This document shows, in pieces, positions 39,801 through 53,226 of a stretch of DNA of 64,000 nucleotides. The stretch is from Octopus sinensis (Eukaryota): assembly GCF_006345805.1 (NCBI RefSeq), contig NC_042999.1, forward strand, positions 89,342,001 to 89,406,000. The letters are read 5' to 3'. The first letter of the stretch is position 1, and the number at the start of each line of letters is the position of its first letter. The translations under genes were made by a program, and so were the position numbers. Under the pieces are notes generated by a model, which saw nothing but the letters and a program-made list of their open reading frames with translations, was not told where the DNA came from and made no database searches.

Positions 39801-40811
39801 GAGACAGTCGTCAGAGACTTTCTCTTTGCTGACGACTGCGCCCTTAATGCAATCGATGAGCAGGAGATGCAGCTCGGGATGGACAGGTTCTCATCAGCCT
39901 GTGACAACTTCGGTCTCACCATCAGTGCCAAGAAAACCGAAGTGATGTTTCAGCCAGCCCCCGGCAAACAATACCATGAGCCTCAGATAAAGGTGAACTG
40001 ACGGATCCTACGAGCGGTGGAAAACTTCACCTACCTGGGCAGCACTCTCTCCTGCAATGCCAACATAGATGCTGAAATCATCAACATAATCTCCAAGGCA
40101 AGCAGCGCGTTTGGGAGACTGCGAAAGAAAGTCTGGGAGCGGAGAGGAATCAGCCTCAACACCAAGCTGAAAGTCTACCGGGCAGTCGTGCTTACCACCC
40201 TACTATACGGCTGCGAGACGTGGACTGCTTACCGAAGGCACGAGCGCCAGATAAACCACTTCCACCTCAGGTGTCTTCGGAACCTCCTTCACATCCGCTG
40301 GCAGGACAAAGTCCCAGACACGGAAGTTCTGAAGCAGGCAGATCTCCCTAGCACCATCACGATCATGCGCAAGGCCCAGCTGAGATGGGCAGGCCACGAC
40401 ACTCGCATCCCAAAACAGCTCTTCTACGGTGAACTCAGCCAGGGCAAACGCAAAGTTGGAGGGCAGAAGAAGCGCTTCAAGGACAGTCTCAAGGTCTCTC
40501 TCAAAGACTTCTCCATCGGCACAGAGACTTGGGAGACACTTGCTGCCGACCGCTCATCCTGGCGCAGCGCAATCATCACAGGAGCAGGGACAGCCGAGGA
40601 GGGACGGATTCGGTCAGCAGAGCAGAAACGCCAGATGCGGAAAGCCAGAGCCGCCTGCACCAGTAGCACGGCCCCTACCCACTTCTGCCCCACCTGTGGG
40701 AGGGGCTTCCTTGCCCGGATTGGCCTCACCAGCCACCTCCGGTCTCATAGCGGCAGTTCCACCAGATGATGTCAGTGGTCATCTTCGAACCCGAAGGACG
40801 AACATTATCAT
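36875..40811 (+). mobile_element. Near-full-length RTE-clade LINE (BovB/RTE-1-like)
   Basis: About 700 bp of 5' UTR, an APE endonuclease-RT coding region, and a short 3' UTR ending gaaggacgaacattatcat. Flanked by the direct repeat tatgtataca (36865-36874 and 40812-40821). Confidence 0.95.
37592..40769 (+). pseudogene. Disrupted RTE endonuclease/reverse transcriptase ORF with C-terminal C2H2-like finger
   Basis: Motifs: LTFAT*TVRTLLD, GVGFAI, SAYAPT, LGDFNARVG, IDYVI, TDHRL, PESQCGFR, DLTKAFDTV, GVRQGC, LFADD, FTYLGS, CPTCGRGFLARIGLTSHLRSH. Lesions: TAG at 37610, frameshifts near 37740 and 39160, TGA at 39999, and two apparent short in-frame deletions. Confidence 0.95.
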
Positions 40812-40819
40812 TATGTATA

Positions 40820-41500
40820 CAGGGTGGGCTAGACAACTTAGATCAGGACAAAGCACAAAAAAATAAGACACCAAACCGAAAAATATCTCATTCTTAAAAA
40901 AGGAAAAATATAACACCATCTAGATACCTCGAAGAAGCAGTCTCTTCAACAACCTCATCCTCATTTCCAATGTGAGTTCAATGCAGATATGGAAGTAAAC
41001 GCATGCTTGAATTGATTGACTCCATCCATCCCGCTCACCATAACCATGACAGCAACGTCTACGTGTTTTTTAAGGCATACTGCTACTGATCATTCTCCAC
41101 TTCGCGATATGACCGAGGTGTTTTAACAATCTAAATCAAGAGACCTTGTATGTTACATAGAATGGAGGCCGGGCCACATAGTAACTGGGTTGTCTCGGGT
41201 TTTGCTGAACATAAACTGCTCCTTCTTCATCCTACTGAATTTGTACCTGATGTCCTCTTGCGCTACACGTCTGATAGAGGACATGTGGAACTCGGTAAAG
41301 ATCAAGGGTGAGCATCTTAAGCTGCTCGCCAATGACCCTCACCAACACAAGGAAGTTGCCACTGATGCTGTCTTGGACCTGCAAAGCACTTTCAGCCACC
41401 ATGACCGTTAAAAATGTTGCTTTCTCTTGAACACTGTTGGCACGATCTCGCCAAAGACTTCCAGTTCGATTACCGAACATGAACACAAACGACTTATCCT
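40820..41500 (-). mobile_element. Internally deleted Tc1/mariner-superfamily remnant
   Basis: TA-CAGGGTG terminus at 40818-40826. The minus-strand translation includes QVQDSI...SIRRVAQEDIRYKFSRMKKEQFMFSKTRDN, resembling a mariner-like HTH/linker region. Second TIR not found. Confidence 0.55.
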
Positions 41501-41512
41501 AATTTAAGAAGC

Positions 41513-41770
41513 TGTGGAGGCGCGTGGCTTAGTGATTAGGGTATTGGACTCGTGATCGTAAGATTGTGGTTTCGATCCTGGACCGGGCGACACGTTGTAT
41601 TCTTGAGTAAAATACTTCATTTCACGTTGCTCCAATTCACTCGGCTAGCAAAAATGCGTAATCCTGCGACGGACCGGCGTTCCGTCCAGGAGGGGAATAT
41701 ATAAGCCATGAAATCGGGAAACCGGCCCTTATGAGTCGATATGACTCGAGAAGGTAACTTTACTTTTAAC
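41513..41770 (+). mobile_element. SINE group C with V-domain-like segment
   Basis: tRNA-like head plus cctgcgacggaccggcgttccgtccagg, which resembles the V-SINE central domain as I recall it. Confidence 0.82.
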
Positions 41771-41993
41771 TTTTTTCAAGAACCTGGAGATCTCCGATTG
41801 CTGTTATAAGCGTGCCTCTTCATTTTCTGCCTCAAATTAGAAACTTTCATACTGAGGCTATTGAAATGCTTGGAAGAGAAATGGAAAAGTTAAAATTTGT
41901 TGAAGTTGCGAAACTGATTGTCTTGGTGCGTGCTTGTGTCTGGAATATTCTCCCACAAATCGTTCCTTTGATCAAACATTTGGACGGGGATCC

Positions 41994-42089
41994 GTGTGTT
42001 TGTGTGTGTGTGTGTGTATGTGTGTGTGTGGTTTTCTGTGTGTGTGTGTGTGTGTGTGGTGTTCTGTGTGTGTGTGTGTGTGTGTGGTG

Positions 42090-42128
<39 letters not shown>
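41994..42128. repeat. (TG)n array with periodic gtgttct interruptions
   Basis: Visible in the sequence. Confidence 0.95.
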
Positions 42129-42131
<3 letters not shown>

Positions 42132-44362
42132 AATTCCATTTGTATCAGCAACTGATGAAACTCTTCATAATGCAATTGTGAACCACAGGTGCCAAGAAGA
42201 AATGAAAAATATAAAAAACAAACCAAAAAATATGTGATTTTATCATGTCATTTCTTGAAAACCATATATTTTTAGCAGCATTAACTGCGTTAGAAATGAG
42301 TGTAGAATAACTCATCAGGGTATCGAACGGAGAATTAAACGTTCTTAGATAACCAGATGTTATAGGAAATTCTTAAATTTTGAATATCAAAGAAAAACAA
42401 AAGAAAGAAAAAAAGACCTAGCCCAGCCCGTATTAGTTGCCACTTAGCATCGTGATTTTGGTTCCTTGAAGTATGAAACAATATTTTTAAAAAATTTTAT
42501 TTTCTTAGATCTCTTACGTCGAGAATTGAAGACTTTTCAAAATTAGTTAAGAGCCATAGAAATCATTTTGAAAACTAGGGCATCATTGACATAGATGTTA
42601 AGCTCAAATTTAATTTTAAATGACGAAATGTCGACAAAATTCTCCATTATATAAATTTTAGCAATTTCTTGCACTGGATAGTGACGAAGAATCTAAACAT
42701 TGGAACAAGAAAGTAAAATTGTTGGTAAATTTGATCTTTTCATGTTTGGACAAGAACTCTGGAAGAACATCATGTTTTTCTCTCCATTAGTGCTCAATTA
42801 AAATTTTTCAGCTATTGGCCTTTTCCGTTCACCACAAATTGTAATATAGCAATTGTTCTTATTCATCCATGAGATCAAATATTTGGCCTCCTTTTTGACT
42901 CTATTCACAATTATGCATATCGAGAACAAGTGGTAAGTTAGTACTCATATGCGTTTTAAGAAAGCAACAGTTTTAAAATAATAAGAGCCTTTTCCTGGAT
43001 TTGTCAAATTAAAAAGAAAGAATGCTAAAAACTTGATGGAAGTAATTTAGAATCAACTTACTTGAATAAGACGAAATACCATTATATAACCCTCGCTTGA
43101 AAGTTGTGACAATGCTGTATTTAAAACTGGCTATAAAAATGGTGTTCAAAAATGGTGCTCATTTTTAAAACTGTAATTATTATTTGTAAACTCTCAATTT
43201 GGTTGCAATGCTTACCATGGTGTATTGCCGGTAATTTTTTCGGTGTAATCCAGTCTTTTCATTCGTTCTCTTCCTGCTTAGCACCCCGTTGGCAAAGTTG
43301 ATAGATATCATATCAAAAGTTTTCAATTCTGGTGATACAAGAAGTGACAAGGCAGGTTCTGCATTCTAAGCTTTCATTTCTTGGTCTTACTTGGATTTTG
43401 GGACGGACTTTGCTCAAGAGCAACTCAAAGATCATAATATGAATTTTCCTAATGCTGTATGTGATTTAAAGCTCTTTCATATTTACTTTTTAAGCAGTTT
43501 TGGATTATTGGTCAATGATCACATGAAGCTGGAACGACACTAAGTAATGAATAAATGTTTAGCTCATAATTCCATATATAGCATTTGTTAATATTTTCCG
43601 TTGAGCTAAGAAGTTCGTTTTATGTAGGAGACTGGGAAATGACAAATGGAAACGTTTCTCTCATAACTGTAAGCAAAATACTTCACCTTTAATCGGAAGT
43701 TCAAAACTAATTATATGTAGTTCTTCAGATTGTTATAAAGTGTCTAGTAGCGTGAATTTGTCATTGCAGAAATGTAGTCCAAACTGTTAATAAGCGGTGT
43801 GTGCAATCTCACGTTTATTAAACTTAACGATCTTCCAATTTCAAATCTGGAAACTAGATGACTATATACATTAATGTCTTAGGTATTGTTGTTCAATAAC
43901 TGATACACAATAATAAAAAAAAATAGTGTACAAGAAAAGTGTAGACTCAGTTCAGAAATTCTGCTAAAACTTTCTTTAAGTGCAAAAACATCAAAGTGAG
44001 ACTAAATAACTCATTTCTTGAAATGTGCCTAACAAACATTATTGCTTAGAGATCGTAAAACACCGAGCCAGTCCACGGTGCTACCTAACCAGATCGTGGG
44101 ACGCTTGAGACATATTCAAACTTGTAAGAAAGCCATTCACTGTATTTGTAGTGGAAAACATTTCTCGCCGTTGACAAATTGGTGTAAAGACACCGAGTTA
44201 GCCCACAGCGGTACCTAACCAGACCGCAGGATACATGCATTTCGGAATGGTTATCTCCTCTTCAGCCACAGAGTCCGGAAACATTAATAATTAATAAATA
44301 TAAGCTGCATATGACAAAAGCAAAGTAATAATAGTACAAGATAAACTGTAATAAGAGAATGA

Positions 44363-44398
<36 letters not shown>

Positions 44399-45279
44399 AG
44401 AAAGAAAAGAAAAAAAGAAACTGGTATAAAACTCCACATCTCATTTCAAAGATCACTCTCTTCCGAGAAGATATAAAGAGTAATGGTGAAAAGTACGACT
44501 GTTGTGAGAAAGGAAGAAGAGACCTCACCCTTTCTAAACTTCTTAGAACTTCTTTCTTCTGTAGAAGATTCAATAGGGTGTTCTATTACAGAAGAAGAAA
44601 CAGTCAGGGTCATTTTTTACATAAAAGTATGCAAAATGGATTATCGCCACTTCTTCCGTACAGTTAAAAAACATTGTAATACTTTGTTGGAAAAATAGCT
44701 TACACTTGATTCAGCATCAGCTAACAAATGGCGTGTCGTTTTCCCAATGTGTGTTCCTGATATGACTTTTTTTCTGTTGGTCCCTTACGTCACAGTCCAA
44801 TCAGTGCTTCAAGGTTTCAGCCTCTTCTTGATGAACAGTTTTTTGTATGTTCCCCGTCAAATCATTCACGTTATTTGCGTTCCTTTCCAGACCTACGTGA
44901 TTACCCAAACCGTAGACTCTCTCTGGAATATTTTAAAGAATCCGGTCACAATGTTCTTCAAGAAGAGTTCAAACATTAGGAAAATGTTCTTCCTATGGTT
45001 TCACTATTGAACATAACATCTTCTGAAACACTTTTGGAGTTACATCAGTAAAAGAAGCCGCTTAAAAACAGGTCATGACGCAGATGCTTTATGTGGTATG
45101 CATGATTTAACATTTCCTATCTCTTCTTGATCCATCGGGTGCAGCAAAGAAGTGGTATTAGGAAGCAGGAAACAGACTTTCATAAAAATGAAACTCCTGT
45201 AGCATTTGATTCATGTGATTAACAGCAATAATAAATAAATATATAAAAGAAAAGTAAAAATAAATGTTATTAAAAAGCC

Positions 45280-45712
45280 ATACCGTAGGAGTGGCTGTGT
45301 GGTAAGTAGCTTGTTTACCAACCACATAGTTCCGAGTTCAGTCCCACTACGTGGCACCTTGGGCAAGTGTCTTCTACTACAGCCTCGGGCCAACCAAAGC
45401 CTTGTGAGTGGATTTGGTAGACGGAAACTGAAAAGAAGCCCGTCGTATATATGTATATATATATGTATGTGTGTGTGTGTTGTATGTTTGAGTGTCTGTG
45501 TTTGTTCTCCCAACATCGCTTGACAACCGATGCTGGTGTGTTTACGTCCCCGTAACTTAGCGGTTCGACAAATGAGACCGATAGAATAAGTACTAGGCTT
45601 ACAAAGAATAAGTCATGGGGCCGATTTACTCGACTAAAGGCGATGTTCCAGCATGGTCACAGTCAAAATGACTGAAACAAGTAAAAGAGTAAAGGGAGTA
45701 AAGAGTAAGAGT
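45280..45712 (+). mobile_element. SINE group B, well-preserved full-length copy
   Basis: Head, CORE-like ggcaccttgggcaagtg, internal microsatellite, and an (aaagagt)n-like tail. Confidence 0.9.
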
Positions 45713-46718
45713 ACCGCATTCCAAATATCAATCTCTCCCTTGAAGATATAAAAAGTAAAACATAAATTACCTATAAAATAAAAATACTTTATTAATGTTA
45801 AAAAAAATTTTAATTTTAAGAACAAAAGATTATAAATTACACAATTGAAAAGTCACACGAATTCTCACCTAAGTTTAAAGGCTGTTCGACCAAAGAGTAA
45901 AATATTCTTGAGGTAGTCATGGTTGGAAGGCATACCAGTGAACCACATCATAGAATTTCAAGTAACACAAGCATTCTTGTTGGAAACATATTTTCAATGT
46001 CTAGAGAAGAATATATATAAGCATAATGCAAACTGTGTATAAGAAATCTCCGCCAGCGAGAATCGTAGTCGTAGTAAAATTTTATTCAGCATGTGTTGAA
46101 GGGAGTATAATGTCCTTTATTAATTTATCAAATGTTTATCCATTATGTCTTTAGATATATAGTGAGGTCATGGTCTCTATAGAATCTAAAAATCTATGTC
46201 TTGCTAAGTGCGGCTAATTCATATGTATCCCTTCAAGGTCACATATTTCTTCAGTCTTGTAAGCCCCCAAAATGAAGTGATAAGTGCCTACTTAATCAGG
46301 TTTCTTACCTCTGGTAACATCTCTGTCAAAAATTATGGCATTACTGGTGTGCATGATAGTGTCAACATCGTTGCCTTCTATATTATTATAGCCATTGACC
46401 AAGTTTATTGTACTATCGTACATGGGCTTAAAAATAAAGGTGTAACTATATGCGGTGTGCGTGCGTGCATGTGTGTATGTTCATATATGCATAATCTATA
46501 TTATAAAAGAATACATTTGATGAATTCTACTGAAAAAAAAGGGCTATTAGTTTATGGTATCCTTTTGTAGTGGTCCACAAATTAAACAAATTAAAGTATC
46601 CTTTTGCTGCTTTGCTGGAACTTACACACAATGCTCTGTGTGTAATGCATACATACTTACTACTAAGCATTTTGTTTGGTGGGTTAATGGCTTTACCAGT
46701 TCGCCACTTTAATAACAA

Positions 46719-46774
<56 letters not shown>

Positions 46775-47295
46775 AATGCCTTGATGCAATACCAGGCAGT
46801 GGCTCTCTTAGATTCTGATCTTAAGTAACTGGAAGTGTTATCATGTACATTGCTTTGTCTTGGTATAAAAGATGGGCTACAGCAAATATTCTGCTTAATA
46901 CCACAGATTTGCTTGTCTGTTGTTTGACCTTAACCAGTTGATCCCGAGCAGGAGCAGTTGGGGAGCATCATAGCATCATGTGTTGAGAGAAATTCTTTGG
47001 AGTTTGAATAATTCATCTCTGATAACATGGGTGTTTCATTCAACATTATTAAACAACCCTTATTCAAGGACCTTTTGAGCAGTATGGGGTACTCGACCTG
47101 AAGAAAATCCTAACTAGGTCTCTCCTGCAAGGTCATGCGCTGTTTATCTTGATATGAGTTCACCAAGTCGCCCACATATGGTCATGATGCATGTGCCTGA
47201 TGTACCCTTACCAGACGGATAGTTATGATGGATAGACTGTACTTCGTATATTTTATCCCAGTGTCATTTGATGCCTTGCACAGCTCTCTCACTCA
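46775..47295 (-). mobile_element. Non-coding retroposon-like element embedded in trinucleotide repeats
   Basis: Bounded by (AGT)n and (AAC/AAT)n. Its end, cagtgtca...ctctctcactcaa, recurs at ~19911-19950 inside (AAT)n. Confidence 0.6.
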
Positions 47296-49639
47296 ACAAC
47301 AACAATATTAATAATAATAATAAGTTTGGAATTTTGGTACGACGCCATGAAAAAAGTTAAATATTTAGGTGTTAATAAAAAATGTGGAAGATGCTATTTA
47401 TGTTGAGTTAATAATTCTGCAGGAAAAATTGGTGTCAAGGTATATATTAGAAAGTAAATAAACCAGTTCTCCAATACTAGGTAGGGTTACTTAATGGGCC
47501 AAAAAATGGTTTGAAAATATTTTATTCATTTAAACAAGAATCTATTTTTTCGAGTAATTTTTAAAAGATGTCTTTTGTATAGAACATTTCACAAGCCCCT
47601 GCAATAGTGCAGAGCTTGCTTCGTCTCTTCTTTCCAGGGCGTGATTTTGCCTTAGAGAGACTATTTCAATTATATGGTATATTCACATTCTTTCAATTCT
47701 CAAACGTAACTCGAAAGTGAAATGGCATTATTTATAGCACAATTTCGAAAGAGTGGATGTTCTCTTGCGAAGAGACAAATGTATATTTTATATCTTAGTA
47801 GAAATTGCAGTTTGTGCATTACGATGGTAAACAGAATGAAGTTTGTAGTTTATTTGCCCGAGGACGCAATTATTTGAGTTCAGAAAATATTGATATTGAT
47901 ATTGATATTTTAGTTTTGCTAAATTTGGCTAGATTAGTAGATACGATAGTTTCGGCAAAGTTAGGTGCTGTCGAATAAGTGACTTTAAAAGTACTTTAAA
48001 GATTCTAGAGTTTATATTTTAGTAGGTATATTCAGGTGTTTCTTCATTTCAAAATTGTAATCATTCAATAACTCAACAAATAGGAACAAACCACAAATTC
48101 GAAAACCTTAACTCAATCGCTTTAATAACATAGCCTTTCTATCTAAGAAATCTATTAAGCAACTCATGCTGTAGACGGAATGTTTTAACAAAAATATGAG
48201 ATGATATGCTTTTTGTTTTGACAAAAATGATGAAAACTTAAGAACTACAATGAATTCGGGTTTAGATCAAATATGAGGCTTTCCGTTAATCGACTGATAT
48301 TACCATTTGGGGATGAACTATAAACTCTCATTGGAAACATTAAATTTTAGTAACACGATGATTATTTCTAACAAGATTTTAATAAAAAGAAAAAAGAAAA
48401 ATCTGGTATTTTAGAAACGCGTTTGAGAATTCGATAAAACTGAGAACTTGTGCTAAATAGATAATAAATTTTACCATAGCCTTGTCTTCAACCCTATCCA
48501 ATGTTTATATAAGAACACACATCAGAACATTGAATTTTTTTAATAATGAGGATCTACAGAACACATTTGTAAAAGTACTAAGCACTCCCCTTAGACAACG
48601 CTTAATGAACGTAAAGCTAATTTCAATAAAGTTCCATCAATTTAAGTTTTTTAACTCTTCAAAATCTGACACAAGTATAACCAGTTCCCAAATTTCAAGT
48701 AACATTTTACCGAAAGCTCACGTTGATATCCTTAAGCTTATGGTAAAATACTCAAGGTGTCACTAATTAGTTTAGAAGCCCTACTAAGACTTACTCTCAG
48801 CTCGAAGGTGGTTTCTATTATTTTGACAGCCTGTTATCTATGAACTGTAATCTTCGGATTATAGATAGAGTTTTAAAAGATTCATAGCTTTTTAAGAACC
48901 CAGGACCGCTTAGAACTCACCTTAGAAACTAATTTCACTATATCTAACTTCTTAGTCCAATAATTTATACAACCTATTTCATAAACACGCTGAAACTCTG
49001 GACTGTGCGCATAAACACCTAGACTAACCCAGGACAACCATAAATAACTTAGTAGGACAATATCATTTAGACAATAGAATATTTACACATATGAATAAAT
49101 ATCTGAGAATGTTTCAAGGTATTACAATAAATGGGAGATGTTTAGGTGTCTTAAAAGTTTCCAGAAATCGGCGAGTTTCATGGTAGATGTTTTAAACATC
49201 CCTGGGTTGTGCATCAATGATATAGGCATTGGTTGTAAGCAGCGTAAAAATTGGTTTGATTAGGTTCAGTCTGTCTGATGTAAAAGAAAGCATTTAACTT
49301 GTGCGGTGCAGAATCACCCAGTGATGGTCAAAATCTAGAGCTTGTCCGCTGATAAAGTTACTCTACCTTTCTCACCTGCACCTGCAGCACTGAACTCATA
49401 TCTATATACCTCAACCTGTTCTGTTTACCCTTGGTAGCTGCCTCCATCACATATCTTTGGCAGAAATCATACACTCCATCTTTTCAACTCCTTTATTCTA
49501 CTGGTCACTTCCAGTTATTTTTCCATATAGAATTTAAATCTTTCTGTATTGTTATACCCCAGTATTGACAGATCCCTAGCCCTCAAATTGAACTAACGCA
49601 CTATGTTTGAGTACAGTGCAACCACCAAACTCGTCCTCA

Positions 49640-49900
49640 TTATCAGTAACTCTTTCTTTTTTCAGAAATTTCTAGTGGCAGTTCACTGGCGTGGTCACCT
49701 GTACCATGATGGGGCTCAAATTTATCAGCGAATTTGTTAGCTACTCTTCAGGTTCAGATTTTCCATACATTTCACCAGCTCTTCTCATGAGCTATATGCT
49801 CGTTATATTGACGACTGCATCGGCGCCACCTCCTTTACTCATCAGCAGCTCACTTCCTTCATTTCCTTCGTTAACTCCTACCACTCTACCAGGGAAATCC
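49640..49900 (+). mobile_element. Penelope-like element RT fragment
   Basis: Translates as GVVTCTMMG (degenerate GxAMGTxMG) and LYARYIDDCIGATSFTHQQLTSFISFVNSYH, typical of PLE reverse transcriptase. Confidence 0.7.
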
Positions 49901-50305
49901 CCTATATCAACTTCATCACGTCTGTCAACTTCTTTGAAAACCAGAAGTTGGGTGAAGCAGTGCAGAACTCGGGTTCAGTGAGATCACAACGAGACATTTG
50001 AGGAAGACTGCTGAAGCTTTGTGGGGCGATTACTCTGCAAAACAATGAGTGGGTTTAGAATTATTCATGCAACAAAGCAAGTGAGGTGGAGTAAGATACA
50101 TTATTAAAGTCACAGACAAAGCTACAAAGGGACTTTGGATAAAGAAGGCTGGCCCATGGCATTTTCGTGAATGGATGCAAACTGTCAGTTGATCAACCTC
50201 TGCTAAAATAAGTACCGCAAGGTCATTACTAATGATTCATCTTAAAGCATCTCTGTGAGATAGATATTGAAAACACACGCGTAAATGCACACACGCACAC
50301 ACACA

Positions 50306-50342
<37 letters not shown>

Positions 50343-50596
50343 TATTAACGAGATAGACGGAAGATGGAATATATGGGAATCTTTATCAATTATTACAATC
50401 GTTTCAACCCATCGAGCATATAAGTCCATTGTCCTGTTTTCATCTTCGATCTCATTGTTTGTTTACATCTGACGTCTCGGATACGAAACGTCGCAACAAA
50501 AATCAGTACTGGCTATAATTTGTATAGGATATATGCAGAGATAACCTTAACATGCATATCGAAGTATATTAAAAACGACTGATATACTTTATAGTA

Positions 50597-50996
50597 AGGC
50601 AGCGCGCTGCCAGAAACGTTAGCACGCCGGGCGAAATGCTTAGCAGTATTCCGTCTGCCGCTACGTTCTGAGTTCAAATTCCGCCGAGGTCGACTTTGCC
50701 TTTCATCCTTCGGGGTCGATTAAATAAGTACTAGTTACGCACTGGGGTCGATATAATCGACTTAATCCGTTTGTCTGTCCCTGTTTGTCCCCTCTGTGTT
50801 TAGCCACTTGTGGGTAGTAAAGAAATAGGTATTTCGTCTGTCTTTACGTTTTGAGTTCAAATTCCTCCAAGGTCGTCTTTGCCTTTCATTCTTTCGGGGT
50901 CGATAAATTAAGTACCAGTTGCGTACAGAGGTCGATCTAATCGACTGCCCCCCCCACCCCGAATTTCGGGCTTTGTGCCTAGAGTAGAAAAGAATG
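50597..50996 (+). mobile_element. SINE group A, dimeric copy
   Basis: Head, core and tail 1, then the junction aaagaaatag|gtatttcgtc (~50829), then a second core and tail 2. Confidence 0.92.
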
Positions 50997-51056
50997 TACT
51001 TTGTAGTATATTATGGTTGCATAACGAAATACCGCGTCCCTACAAGTCAATAATAA

Positions 51057-51114
<58 letters not shown>

Positions 51115-51327
51115 CTTATTATTGACTTTTATACACACACACACACACACGAGAGTGATTTTCAAAGCTGGTGATTCGTTCTTCTCTTTGTCGCTACTCC
51201 GAGCTTCTTCCTTGTATACATTCGTTTAATCATCTAAGCATGTACAAACAACTTTGGAGAAACGACAAATGAATAAACTTTACTGCATGCATTGAGTACT
51301 TTTTCTCGATTTTACATACACGCGCAA

Positions 51328-51379
<52 letters not shown>

Positions 51380-53133
51380 TTACATGCATATTTTCAAAAC
51401 ATACAGATCCGTAAACAAAAGTCCGCTCTAGTACGCGTACAGACTCGCCTAAACATGCAAACACACTCATATACACACATACGCACACACACAAACACAC
51501 ATACACACACACACACACATATGCTCACATGAAAACATACGTAAATATTTCACACACATACTCTCTCCCTCTCCCTCTCTCTTTGACACTCATAGACAAC
51601 AAACTCGTGTACGGTCACCGACACATAATACACGTTCTCATACATTCATCCAAGCACGCACATAGATGCAATGTAGCACACACACATACACACACAGAAA
51701 TACGCAAACAGACACACATACCACATACATGCACACAAACGAGCGCGCACACGCTCACACACATTCACATACAAACGAAAATGTCTTGCTTGACGCCATT
51801 AAAATAGTTCGTCGTCTGCATTTTGAAGCCAACGTTGCCAACAGTTGAGCGGTTGGGTTTCTATCCAAAAGAGCAGACGGATAAATAAAGCTGCTCGGAC
51901 ACCTTAAGTCTTGAAGATTTGCCAAAATATGTTACAATTGTCCCTGAAAACCTACACAACTTTTTCTTTACATTTTCATACATACACGCACGCACACACA
52001 CACACACATACACACACACAAACACACACACACATTTCCAACTACACATTCGTGCATGCATACATACATACGAGGAAAAGCAAATCTTTGTATACATTAA
52101 TCCACACACATACACACAAAAATATAGATTCACACACCCCACTATACGAAAACACACTCATATACAAAAATGCAAACACGTTCACACAGTTCATATAGCT
52201 AATTGTTCATATTATATTCTGAAGTATAGTCCTATCACTTTATGAGTTTATAAAGAATTTATTGTACCCGACGAAGATATAGTCTTTGTCTCTTCATTTC
52301 ACCTATTTACTCCTCCAATTAATTCTCTTCCTTCTATTCCTCTTCCAATCATCATCGTTAAACTAGCCTTTCTTGTTTCAATTATTTATTATTAATATTG
52401 CTTATAACATAAGAGGTCTTAGACTTCCAGTCTTATTTTATCTAATTTCGTTTATCTAAGCTGGGAGCTACATAGCTTTTATCACTGTGGGGTCGGTGAA
52501 ATAAGTTTCAGACATTCACCGGAGTCTGCTCAATTAACTCTACTAGCTGCCTACAGTTGTGTGGCCTTGTATCAGTATATGTATATCAGTTTATATCAGT
52601 TTAAATATCATCATGTTAGATCAGTAAAGCAAGTCGTAAGCTCCTTGTGAGTGAAAATTGCGATGAGGTTTCGATTTTCGGATGAGAGAACTTTAAGCTA
52701 ACTTAAGCCTTTAACGTCACTCGGAATGAATATCAAAACATCTCGTTGCTTCTTCGCTTGATATGAGCAACCTGTGATACTATCTTAATATAACAGACAA
52801 AAGTTGGCTAGAGTTACATCTACCTAAATCATCAAGGAATTATTTTGTTGCTATCTTCTTTTACTGGATGTTACTGGTGTAACAGTTAAATTATAAACTA
52901 GTATACTAATCAGTCGTTTAAAATAAATCATTGTATCCATAATGGCATCGTTATCCAACTTATTTAATACATAGTCAAGTACAATGTTTTGTTGATATTT
53001 TAATAATGTTTTTACCTCCACATACATAAATTTGTAAGCGGCTATAATAAAGTCACGAATGAGATTTGATTTACCAGTTTCGTTCTAAATATCAAGTTGC
53101 TGTTTTCTTCATCAGTAAATCTTGACCATTTTA

Positions 53134-53226
<93 letters not shown>

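Noticed and set aside
39221-39931. 236-aa antisense ORF and other minus-strand ORFs inside the RTE
   Set aside because: Shadow frames of a GC-rich coding sequence, with no independent motifs.
42150-42200. ctgatga as a hammerhead ribozyme core
   Set aside because: No stem II followed by GAAA and no closing helices.
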